DNA of 63,156 nt, filler included. It is 12 parts of 12 records of this genome, joined end to end, with 100 filler letters (N's around TTAATTAATTAA, not from the genome) between each part and the next. Parts side by side here need not be neighbours in the genome. Positions count along the whole stretch, not along the records: positions 1 to 4,456 come from SRR7504441_22483; positions 4,557 to 8,260 come from SRR7504441_22516; positions 8,361 to 11,409 come from SRR7504441_22546; 9 more parts are not named here. The stretch is one strand, 5' to 3'. A model generated the notes under the pieces. That model was not told the origin of the DNA. It worked only from the letters and a program-made list of their open reading frames with translations, and searched no databases. Below are positions 1 through 10,397 of the stretch, piece after piece (the first letter of the stretch is position 1; each line of letters begins with the position of its first letter). Position numbers and translations under genes: made by a program.

Positions 1-106
1 GGCCGGGAGGAGCCACAGGCCGGGAGGAGCTGGTCGGACTGTTGGACCCAGCGCACAGGCCGGTAGGAGCTCGTCTGCCAAACCAGCCGCGACCAGATCA
101 CCGGTG

Positions 107-2923
107 ATGCGGTGCTCCCGGGCCCTGGTGTGGCTGGTGCTGGCGGCCTGCTCCGGCTCACCGCAGTTCCTCGCTGGAGCCCAGCAGACCCGCCGCTCAC
201 TGAGCCGAGCCGACGACCCAGCTGATGCAAAAGCGCCCAGCTCCAGTCCCACACAGGGGTGCCCCATAGAGCAGTACAACTTGAGCCAGGTGCATTGCAC
301 CATGACTTACCTGCAGGATGGTTACTTGGGCAGCAAATATCCATACAAGGAAGAAGAGTCCGGTGTAACTTACATCGACTTGTGCGACCGGGTGGCCAAC
401 GTAGACAACTGCCTCCTGGCAGCCAACAACTCGGCCATCCAACATATCGAGTCGGCTCTGGAATGTTGCGAGCTAGTGGTCTTCGACCAACATTGCTTCA
501 ACTTTGAGAAGAGCCGCACATTTTGTGAGCGTGCAGATCTCGAACGGTTGAGAATAAACCTCACAAAGTTGGACTATCTCAGCCGTTCGAGATCACTAGT
601 CATGAGCAACGCGGTTCGGCTTGTCAACGGCACATTCGATATTCCACAATTGAGGCGCCTTCCGAATTTGGAATTCCGAGGCGGATTGATCACAATAGAT
701 TCCATTGCGCCGGACTCATTTCGCGGCCTGGTTGGACTCAGGAGCCTCGTCATGTCTAACAACACAGTGAACAGTGAGCTGGCGGTAGGCGCCTTTCGCG
801 GCTTGGACAACCTGACTAGCCTGAACATCTCATGGAACAAGATAACTAATATAGAAAAAGAGGCGTTTTGGGGCCTCACCAATTTACTTGAGCTCAAACT
901 CCAAGGCAATGCACTGTGGGCTCTGCCTGTGGGGGTTTTCTCGAAGCAGTTTATGCCTAAGCTCCAAAGTCTGGACATTCGGGACAACGCAATGACTGCG
1001 CTGGGACCAGAGATGTTTGCTGGCGTGTCAGAAGCGCTCACAACACTCAAGACCTGCTCACCGAGTCTATGGTACATTGGCTTGGACACCTTTCCCGCTG
1101 GAGTGACCCAATTAGATTCAGACGACTGTTTGCACGACTCCCATGTGCTCAAACGTTACACCTCGCTATGTAGGAGAACCGAAGCATCAGGCCACATCAT
1201 CTGCAGTTGCAGCAATGTGACTTACACCTCGGATGACACACGCCTTGTGAATCCTGGAACGGTTTCCCAAGATTCACAAATGGAAGCCTGCACCTGCCCT
1301 TCCGGAACCCGCATCAAGGACATCTATGCAAACACGATCTCAATTAGTGATACTCCACAGGCAGGCACGGCAGTCTCGTGTGTGCGCTGCGAGCAGGGTA
1401 CATACAGCAGCAAGCATGGCAGCACCAATTGCACCAAATGCCCGGCCACAATCTCAACCGAATATGGCGACATCGCTGCCACCACAAACCCTTCCAAGCC
1501 TGCAACAGATTTAGCTGATTGCATTCCAGACCCTCAATTGGTTGCTGAGCGTCAAAGCACCCAGGAAATGCTAAATGCGGCCCAAAAGGAAAGGGAGCAG
1601 CAGAAAACAATCGAATACATAACAATCGGCTGTGGCTGCGGGGTAGTAGTTCTCATCGTGGCAGCGGGTTATCTGATTTGGAGAAGCAACCGTGCGCTGA
1701 GCAGAGCACAGCTCAGCGAAAAAGAGCGGGAGATCGACTACTTGCGGGACTGGCGGATCGACGAGCGAGATGTGACGCTCCAGACGAAGCTCGCACAGGG
1801 AGGGGAGGGCGCTGTCTGGTTAGCAACAGCTCGTCTGCCAGGCCAGCGTTCAACAGATGAAGTAGAAGTGGCAGTCAAGGTATCGCTAGCTTCTCTCGAG
1901 CACGCGGTCTGGGATGAAGCCGAGGTAGCATTCTTGTTGGCAATGCCACACCCTACGTTAGTCCGGTTCTTAGGGGCGGGCGAAATGGCCAACCCTTCGG
2001 ATCCGGAAGAGCGCGTTTTGTTCCAGGTGCTTGAATTCATGTCTGGTGGTTCAATCGATAAACGGCTGTGGGACACGCCCCGAGATTCTGTTAGCAATTG
2101 GGAGAGAACTCAGTGGGCACTCGACACGGCTCGGGCACTTTCCTTTCTTCACACAAAGGGCTTTGCTCACAGGGACCTCAAGTCCATGAATGTACTCTAT
2201 GATGCTGCAACTGGCTGTGCCAAAGTGGCTGATTTCGGAATGACCAAGCGTGTAAAAAGGACGAGAAGAGCTACAGTGGCAGTAGAGTCCAACGACACAT
2301 CGATGATGACTAGCGCACTGGGGACTCCGGATTGGATGGCACCAGAGTTGTGTGAAAGGCAGTGGAAGGTCAGTGAAAGATTTTCGAAGGCTGACATTTT
2401 GACGGGACCTGCAAGGCGAGCAGCCATAGCTGAAGCCCGAAAATATGGTGATGAATTGTCTCATGTTCGATACGGCATGAAAGTTGACCAGTACGCATTT
2501 GCGATGGTCATGTACGAGTGCATCTCCCACACTCCGCCCTGGGCTGGTCTTGAAGCTGCTGATGTGTATCGCAACGTGCACCTCGGCCAGCGGCCGCAGG
2601 TGGATGCACAGGCAGAGGCGTTGGCACCTCCCGGATGGATTCGGCTGATGGAGTTGTGTTGGGACCCAGACCCAGGCGAGCGCCCGGACTTTGGTGTTAT
2701 AGCTGCTCATTTGGAGACCATGCAAGACCTCCAAATGAGACCCACGTTCCGGTCTGGCGAGACCCACGTCTTGCGGCCAACACATAACGACAGTACAGAC
2801 GTAGGATTTCAGCCGCAATCCACTGGGCTTTGGTTTCGGGGCCGTCCGCAAACCACCATGCCACTTACCGAGACATACTATAGCTTGGAAGACGAGAGGT
2901 TGGAAGATCCATTTGTGAAATGA
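107..2923 (+). CDS. LRR receptor kinase (signal peptide, LRRs, Cys-rich GCC2/GCC3-like module, TM, TKL-type kinase)
   Basis: Hydrophobic N-terminus; LRRs such as LTSLNISWNKI, LLELKLQGNAL and LQSLDIRDNAM; CVRCEQGTYS...CTKCP module; TM ITIGCGCGVVVLIVAAGYLIW; kinase motifs VAVK, HRDLKSMN, DFG, WMAPE. Appears intronless. Confidence 0.92.
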   Translation: MRCSRALVWLVLAACSGSPQFLAGAQQTRRSLSRADDPADAKAPSSSPTQGCPIEQYNLSQVHCTMTYLQDGYLGSKYPYKEEESGVTYIDLCDRVANVDNCLLAANNSAIQHIESALECCELVVFDQHCFNFEKSRTFCERADLERLRINLTKLDYLSRSRSLVMSNAVRLVNGTFDIPQLRRLPNLEFRGGLITIDSIAPDSFRGLVGLRSLVMSNNTVNSELAVGAFRGLDNLTSLNISWNKITNIEKEAFWGLTNLLELKLQGNALWALPVGVFSKQFMPKLQSLDIRDNAMTALGPEMFAGVSEALTTLKTCSPSLWYIGLDTFPAGVTQLDSDDCLHDSHVLKRYTSLCRRTEASGHIICSCSNVTYTSDDTRLVNPGTVSQDSQMEACTCPSGTRIKDIYANTISISDTPQAGTAVSCVRCEQGTYSSKHGSTNCTKCPATISTEYGDIAATTNPSKPATDLADCIPDPQLVAERQSTQEMLNAAQKEREQQKTIEYITIGCGCGVVVLIVAAGYLIWRSNRALSRAQLSEKEREIDYLRDWRIDERDVTLQTKLAQGGEGAVWLATARLPGQRSTDEVEVAVKVSLASLEHAVWDEAEVAFLLAMPHPTLVRFLGAGEMANPSDPEERVLFQVLEFMSGGSIDKRLWDTPRDSVSNWERTQWALDTARALSFLHTKGFAHRDLKSMNVLYDAATGCAKVADFGMTKRVKRTRRATVAVESNDTSMMTSALGTPDWMAPELCERQWKVSERFSKADILTGPARRAAIAEARKYGDELSHVRYGMKVDQYAFAMVMYECISHTPPWAGLEAADVYRNVHLGQRPQVDAQAEALAPPGWIRLMELCWDPDPGERPDFGVIAAHLETMQDLQMRPTFRSGETHVLRPTHNDSTDVGFQPQSTGLWFRGRPQTTMPLTETYYSLEDERLEDPFVK

Positions 2924-3205
2924 ACATTGTATGAACACTGTTTTTAGACTCGTGAACGGCTTTATTCAAGTAAAGGTCCCACTGTACTAATTACCGGGAT
3001 AATCATCAGATTTCATGGCTAATGATGCCTTCGCGGGTGACCATGACGCGAGCTCGTACCCCAAACCCCAATCCGCGGAGCGCATGCAAGTAGTCGGGGA
3101 TCCGGACTCCGCGGACTGCAGCATCTTAGCAGCATCTAACATTATTGCGGCTGCGACCGGCAGCTGGGATATGATATTTCCCCTTCCAACGGTTTGAGCG
3201 CCGTT

Positions 3206-4456
3206 ATGCAGACAGCACCAGACTGGCACAGCCCCAGCGCCCATACGTACGCGGGAGCAATGCCGGGGGGCGACATACGGCTGCGGCTGGGGCTTCCTCC
3301 CAGCCCTCCACGCGAGGCCTACCCGCGCAGCTTGGTCCACAGCTCGCCCTCCCCGACCTACCGCCCGCGCAGCACTAGCCCGCGCCCACTCAGCCCGCCG
3401 CGCCGCCAGCACGGCCCGTCGCTGCCGCACTCCTCGCCTTGCTACTCGCCGTATCTGCCGGTGCGGTCAGATTCGCCGGAGCGGGGCGCCAACAAGGACG
3501 CCCCGCTGCTGCCCAGCTCGGTTATCGAGGGGCTCAGCGGGAACGCTCTGAACCCGTCCGCAATGGCCAATGCGCTGGCGGTGGCCCAGCGAGAGCTGAG
3601 CGAGCACGGTCCTGGCTCCGGTTCGAACGCCTCCAACAAGCAGATCCGACTGCAACAGCTCCGAAGGGCGCGGGACGCCTCGCCACCAGCCGGCTCGTCT
3701 TCACCTCCCAGGAGGGTGCACGCAGCTCAGGCCGTCGAGGCAGCATCCAGGGCTCGGGCAAAGGCGGCTGAGGAGGGGTCTGCCACGGCTCAGGCGGGTC
3801 CTGCTGCTCAGGAAGGCGCCGCCCGCAAGCCTTCAGATCTTGATGCGGCGGTACAGCACGCAGCTGAGAGGAAGGCAGAAGCAGCGGCCGAGCTGGAGCT
3901 GGCCAGGGCAGCCGAGCAGGCAGTGATGGAGCAGGCCGCCGAGGACCGGGCGGCTGGGCGGGGGTTGGGCCAGAGGCGGGCCGAGCCTCAGCCAGTGGCT
4001 CCCCCTGCACTAGTGTTTGCGCCAGCCAAAGGTTCGTCAGGGGGCCGACAAAGCATGACTCGGGCAGAGGAGATGCGGCGCGAGCTCGAAGGCGCGCAGG
4101 ACACGCTGCCGCTCGAGCCGGGCGATCGGGCAACGGTGGTCGCGGAGCTCTGGGGTGCATGGGGGGCTGCAAACGAGGCGAGGCGTTTGGGAGAAGTCGA
4201 ACAGAAGGCCGGGATGGATGTGGAGGCGGCTCACGTGGAAGCGGCACAGGCCACCACCCGGGCCGAGCAGGCAGCAGCGCGGCTGCACGCAGCCGAGGAG
4301 GAGGCGGCCCGTTTGAAGCAGGAGCAGGAGGAGGCAGCCAGGGCGATGGGAGAAGCAAGAGCTGCCGAGAGACTAGTGATTGCTAGGGCCAAGGCTGTCG
4401 AGGAGGAGGCAGCAAAGGCCAGGGCCAAGGCTGCTGCTGAGGAGGCTGCCAGGGTG
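3206..4456 (+). CDS. Pro/Ser-rich then Ala/Glu coiled-coil protein, 3' truncated by contig end
   Basis: Long ORF with low-complexity SP repeats and an AEEEAA coiled coil running into the linker; start codon uncertain. Confidence 0.6.
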
Positions 4457-4556
4457 NNNNNNNNNNNNNNNNNNNNNNNNNNNNNNNNNNNNNNNNNNNN
4501 TTAATTAATTAANNNNNNNNNNNNNNNNNNNNNNNNNNNNNNNNNNNNNNNNNNNN
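4457..4556. other. Artificial contig linker
   Basis: N-run + TTAATTAATTAA + N-run, 100 nt. Confidence 0.99.
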
Positions 4557-6264
4557 GACTGGCCTGGACGCGGCCGTGGAGGAGGCCCTGTGCGCCTATG
4601 GACGCGAGGGCCCAATGTACATCGCCGACCACGTTGACGCGCTGGCCGCTGGGCAGCGCCCGTCCCTCTTCCTTGTGCCGGGGCTCGAGGCCTCGCCCGG
4701 ATGACGTCAGCCCGGAGCAGCCGCTCCAGCAGGAATGGGACGTCATCCGGGCCGAGTTCGAGCAGCTGCTCCGGGCTGACGTCATCCGGGCTGAGGCCGT
4801 CCCCATCCGGCGCGGCGTGCAAGGCCAGTGGGCGACGTTGGCGCTGCTCGAGGAGGGCGAGTGGCATCAGGCGCACTGCGCGCTGTGCCCCAGGACCTGC
4901 GCGCTGCTCGAGCAGCTGCCCCTCTGCGACTGCAGCCTTGGGACGGTGTGTTTTAGCATCTTTGGACCAGAGACTCGGGTGGCCCCTCACTGTGGGGTGA
5001 CCAACGCCAAGCTGAGAGGCCAGTTGGCGCTGGTTTGCCCTGCCGGTCCCGGCTGCAGCCTCCGTTGCGACCAGAAGACCCACAGCTGGCGGGCGGGCGG
5101 GGAGGCAGTGCTGATCGACGACTCGTTCGCGCACACGGCCCAGAACAGCACCGGGCAGGAGGAGGCCTGGCTTCTGCTGGACCTCTGGCATCCGCAGCTC
5201 TCGTCCACTGCGACTCAGAACATCAGAGCCGCCTTCCAGCGCACTCCAGCCCCCGCCCGGCCAGCTGTGCGGCGAGCGGTGCTCCAGAACAACCGTGGGC
5301 TGCTCGAGTACCTCCTGAGCTGCCTGCCCGCGGCCCAGCTGGCCATTGCAAGCAGGGTCTGCCTCGCCTGGTGCCAGGCAGCGCACGACGACCTGCTCTG
5401 GGCACCGCTGTGCCAGGCCGATTTCGGTCGGGACCGTATCCGAGCGGCGCCGCCCGAGGGCGAGTGGATCCGGGAGTACCGCAGGCTGCATCTGTTGCAA
5501 TTCTCTGAATGCCGAGTGGGCCGGAAGGAGTGGGAAGCGCACTATGGCAGCGGGGCTGGAAGCGCTCGGTTGGTTAATGTGGTGCTAGTCGGAGACTCCG
5601 GGGTGGGCAAGTCCAGCTTCGCGCTTCGGTTTGTAGACGACATGTTCGTGGACGACATGGTCGACATTTCTGTTATTGGGGTCGATTTCAAGGTGCGCTG
5701 CGTGCAGTGTGCAGGCGCTGATGTCGCTCTACGTGTATGGGTGCGCACCGATGGCCTGAGCGTGCTGTAACTAGATGGCATGTGCAGGATCTGCTTAATG
5801 AGAGTGCGCGCTTCCGGAGAATCAACTATGCATACTACAGGATGGCACATGTGTTGCTGTTCGTGTATGATATTACCGACCGACGGTCGTTTGATAACTT
5901 AATCAGTTACGCCAGAATGGCTATTCAGTATGCAAACCATTCGCGTCCACCGGCTGTGGCCCTGGTTGGTGCCAAGCAGGATCTGCATAGCAAGCGGTGT
6001 GTCAGCCACGAGGAGGGGGCTGCCTTTGCGCTGCAGCTTCAGGGTTACCTGGCTGACGAGTGGCCGGAGACCGCTGGCAACGAAGTGTGGTTCGGTGAGG
6101 TGTCGAGCAAGCTTGGCCATGGGCTAGATCCGCTGTTGGCATCGATCATTTCCGAGGTGGTCTTGCTCCGCGGCCTTACTAACGAGGAAGGGAGCAATCC
6201 CGGGGTGGATTTAAGACCTATGGACAAGAAGGACAACACGTGCAAAACTTGCATTGTCTCCTAG
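4557..6264 (+). CDS. Fusion: Asp/Asn beta-hydroxylase-like domain + F-box + Rab/Ras-like GTPase (5' partial, apparent frameshift near 4700)
   Basis: AspH-like motifs QRPSLFLVPGL, PHCGVTNAKLR, DDSFAH, LDLWHP; F-box LLEYLLSCLPAAQL..ASRVCLAW...DDLLW; G1 GDSGVGKS, IGVDFK; intron 5741-5787 (GT-AG); then YYR, YDITDRRSF, AKQD, EVSSK and C-terminal CIVS. Confidence 0.85.
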
Positions 6265-6426
6265 TTTGAATGCTTCGTCACAGCTGTGAATACAATAGGT
6301 AGAGTCTAGAGTTCGAATTCACGTGCGTTAGACTGCGTACCTATTGAGCCAGCTGGTTGAGCACATAAAAATGGCAACCTGATCTCGATAACGGAAAGCT
6401 AGCCGCGGTCGAGCCACTCCATAGAC

Positions 6427-7497
6427 ATGCGCTCGGGACGCGTCCTGCTTGCACTAGTTCTCGCTCTGGCCGGATGCACATCCGGCGCGCCGCTATCCGC
6501 GCTGCCGTCCACGATGCAGGCGGTCCGCTCGAACAGCCTGACCGGCTGCAGCAAGCCGGGGTTCGACTGCGTGCAGCCGGTGAGCGTCAAAGTGCCCCGG
6601 CCGCTGCTGGGCGAGGCCTTGGTGCGGATGAACAGCTCGTCGGTCAACCCGTCCGACGTTGACATTGTCGAGTCCAAGCTGGTTGGGAAGCTGTTTGGCA
6701 CGCTTGGGGTCGACTTTGCGGGCGTGGTGGTCCAGACCGGCCCGCTGTGTTCCAACCTCAAGCCGGGGGATGCGGTCTGGGGGGCGACCAAGGGAGCCTA
6801 CGCTGAGTACGCGATCGTGATCTGCGCTGTGACGGGCAAACTCGGGGATGTTTCTCCGCGGGCGGTGGGCACCCTGCCAGAGGTGTCGATGACCAGCGGC
6901 GAAGCGCTCAAGAAGGCGGGCGCACCCTGGGACCCGAGCAAGAACTTGACCGTTGTGGTGACCTCCGGCTCGGGCGGGACCGGATTCGCGGCCATCCAGC
7001 TGGCCAAGGCTTACGGGGCCGGCCGGGTGGTGACGGCTACCAGCGGAGCGAACGCGGAGTTTGTCCGTTCGATCGGGGCTGATGTCGTGGTAGATTACCA
7101 CGAGCACGCGCTGTTCGACGTGCTCGGTAACAACACGGTTGACGTGGTCTACGACAACTATGGCGCCAAGGGCACCGCAGGTGCGGGGTGCCTCTGAGAT
7201 GGCCACTGACTGGCCGGTGCAGACAAGGCTATGGGCTGTCTCAAGCCCGGTGGGGTTTTTGTGTTCCTGCCCGGCAAGGGAGGCCAGCTGTCCAAGCATC
7301 CCAAGCCGGGGGTCAAGCAGATCAACTACGGGCTAATGGTGCCGTCTGCCAGCCTGCTGGATGAACTGCTCGAGCTATACACCTCCAAAAAGCTCCGAGC
7401 GCACGTCCAACACGAGTATCCGCTGTCCAACGTCTCCGGAGCGTTCGGAGAGTCGGCGGCAGGGCACGTGGTCGGGAAGCTAGCCATCGTGATGTGA
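6427..7497 (+). CDS. MDR-superfamily NADPH:quinone oxidoreductase-like protein with signal peptide
   Basis: SSVNPSD, GVDFAGVV, GSGGTGFAAIQLAKAYGA, GADVVVDY, GHVVGKLAI; intron 7181-7222 with a CTGAC branch-like site joins the two ORFs. Confidence 0.9.
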
Positions 7498-7854
7498 GAG
7501 TGTAGTCCTGGCAGCCATGCGATGCATATGGCATTTGTCACTAACACCGCAACAATGTCATGTACGAGGTCATCTTTAGTTTTTGATCCAGGTTTGAGAG
7601 CTAAATGAGTAGATGTACAAGCCTGTATCTTCTTCGAATTCAATGACCTACACTACACTACCTAAAGCTCTATCTAAATAATGTATTTGTCTGCTCACGC
7701 CAAGTCATGCTCACACCCCAAGAGTCGCGATCTCAGTCATGATCATGAATGCTCCGGCTACCTCCGGCTATGCTCCGATCCGACTTGTTGTGATCAGTGT
7801 GTTCGTACGATACCTCGTTGTTGTCCTACTGTTGCCCTATTGACATCCTATTGA

Positions 7855-8260
7855 TCAGCAGCCATCGGCAGATTTCACGCATTGGGAGTGCCACTGGTTC
7901 TGCATATCACACCTGAGTCCGGGACCACAAGTGGTCGAGCCAGTCCATCCGCTGCCGCCACACTTCTCATGGTTGCCCTGCTGCCCTGCCGGCGGAGATT
8001 GCCGCTTGCACACGCTGCTGCCCCAGGCCTGGCGCTCGCAGGCGCACCCGGCAGCGCATTCGGCAGTGTTCTCACAGGTTTGCCACTCGGCCACACTTCC
8101 AGATCCACCGGCCGCGGGAGGCGGCGGAGCAGCACGCCGCCTCCCGGCCGCGGGAGGCGGCGGAGCAGCAGAAGGCTCCATGGTCGGTTCCATGGTCGGT
8201 TCCACGACTGGGGGGGTTGGGGTCGGAGTCGGGGTTGGGGTCGGAGTTGGGGTCGGAGTT
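7855..8260 (-). CDS. C-terminus of a secreted protein with Pro/Thr linker and CBM1 cellulose-binding module (5' truncated)
   Basis: CGGSGWTGSTTCGPGLRCDMQNQWHSQC matches the CBM1 consensus; a second degenerate Cys module and a TP-repeat linker precede it. Confidence 0.82.
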
Positions 8261-8360
8261 NNNNNNNNNNNNNNNNNNNNNNNNNNNNNNNNNNNNNNNN
8301 NNNNTTAATTAATTAANNNNNNNNNNNNNNNNNNNNNNNNNNNNNNNNNNNNNNNNNNNN
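8261..8360. other. Artificial contig linker
   Basis: N-run with TTAATTAATTAA. Confidence 0.99.
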
Positions 8361-8519
8361 GTGAGCGACATGTCTACGAGATGCCGCGCGCGGAACACCC
8401 AGGGCGTGACGGGCTCACATTCCGTTGCCTTCCGAGAAGGGCTCCGGCGCGGCGTGAACCAGAATGGCGGTCGGGGGCGGTGGGTGACGCACGATACCTG
8501 GGGCTCGGGGGTGGACCAC

Positions 8520-10130
8520 ATGTGGCCCGGGGCGCGGGCGCCGGACCCTGCCGACGTGGCGGCGGTGCTGGCCCGGATACAGGCTGGGCACACCCCACTG
8601 ATCGGCGCGAGCTCCCCGCCTGTCATCCTGGTGGTGATAGGGGCCGGGCTGTCGGCCAAGCGGGCGGAGGTTCTAGCCAACGCCTGTCGGAGCCACGGCT
8701 GCAGCGTGCTGGGCCCGGTCCGTGCGGTCGATCCGGGGGCGGTGGCTGAGTGCAGCCACGTGCTCGCTGGTACGGTGCCGGGGGCGCTGGCCAAGCCGGT
8801 GCACGCAGCGTCGCTGGTGCAGGAAGCGCTGATCAAGCTGGGCGACGGCGACTGGAGCCGTGCCCAGCTGGATCAGATCGGCCGGCAGCACAGACTGGAG
8901 CCTGCAGTTCGGCCCCAGCCCCAGCCGGAGCCCGCCCCCCCAGACAGCCGGCCTGCTGACGAGCAAGCGCTGATGGACGCACAGGGCCGGGCGGTCCACT
9001 ACCCGCTGGATCCGCACCCTGGAAATCTGAGCTTGGTGGGCGCGCTCACCCAGCTGCTCAAGTACGAGAGAGCTGTGAGTGGTCTGGAAGGCCAGGCGCT
9101 CAGCCAACACAGGCCGGGCGTATCGCGCGAACTGACAATCGCCAGAGGGCTCGCAGCTGTCCGGCGGTATCCGGACAAGCTATCTTCGGCCGAGCAGCTG
9201 GCACACCTGCCGTACTGTGGCACATCGTTCGTGAAGATTGTGGAGCAGTGGCTTGAGAGCGGAGAGCTCGAGAACATAGTGCGCGCCGAGAGCCACAGGC
9301 CGATGGTCTCGACCATGATGCGCCAGGGGGCCGAGCGGCCCGGGAGCGAGTTGGCTGCCCGAGTGGCAGAGCTCACCCATCTCCCCGGCGTGGGGCCCAA
9401 GACAGCCGCCCAGCTGATCGCGGCTGGGGTTCAATCTATAGCAGAGCTGATCGCCAAGCGGGCGCAATTCCCCAAGTGGGAGGAGTCCTTAAGGGTCTGG
9501 CAGGCCCGAGTGGAGGTGAGCCGGCACCAGGCCGAGCAGGTAATGGACTCGCTCCAGCAGCTGCTCGCTGGCGAACTCGCCCGCCGTCTCGATCTGACTG
9601 GGAGCGGCTGGGAACTCGAGCTTGCCGGTGGGTTGCGGCGGGGCAAGCCGAGTGGGCACGATATCGACATCCTGGCCACCCACCAGGACCTGCTCCCGGG
9701 CTCCCGGGTGGCCGCTGTCCTCCAGACGGCGCTTGTGGAGGCAGGACTGGCAGAGCGGCAGCCGGCGGTGACTGAAACCCACCGGCCGACTACCGACGAT
9801 ACTGAGCTGCTCCGAGTGCTCTGGAGGGTGGGCGAGGGCAAGCTGGTCGGCGTGGACATCGTGCTGCACCTCCGCCGACACAAGCCGTTCGTGCAGCTAG
9901 GCTGGACCGGCTCAAAGCAGTACGAAAAGTTCCTGAGGTGCTCACTCGCGGTGCTGGCTGTGAGCGGCTGGCAGGGCGTACAGCAAGCACTGCCTGCGGC
10001 TCAAGCTGTCCAACAAGTGTTTCACCAACGAGCAGACCGGCGAGGAGTTCGGGCTTGAGTTTGAGAGCGAGGCGCAGATCTTCGAGTTCATGAAGCTCAA
10101 ATACGTCGAGCCCAGGTACCGAGAGGCCTA
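8520..10130 (+). CDS. Family X DNA polymerase (pol mu/TdT-like)
   Basis: HhH LPGVGPKTA, GGLRRGKPSGHDIDIL (two Asp), VDIV (third Asp), GWTGS; intron 9938-9974 gives the thumb ESEAQIFEFMKLKYVEPRYREA*. Start could be the ATG at 8370. Confidence 0.9.
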
Positions 10131-10397
10131 GCGGCATGATACTTGCATGGTACTTGCATGACACACTAGTTACAGTAGATCTAGCGGCCGCCTCGAGGTT
10201 TGGAACATGCGGATACGTTCTAATTATAAATGTTACAATAGATGTTACAGTATGCTTACATGTATTTCATATATTTCTGGGGCGGCTGGTGCCACTTTCA
10301 TGCTCTGGCTCTCTCTATCGTTTCGAGCATACTCGTAATTTACAGTATTCAAATAATGTACAATGATTGTGTCATGATCATGATTGTCGCGTCCAGA

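Noticed and set aside
4702-4704. TGA read as Trp or Sec (alternative genetic code)
   Set aside because: The downstream domain continues in another frame, and TGA terminates many other genes here normally.
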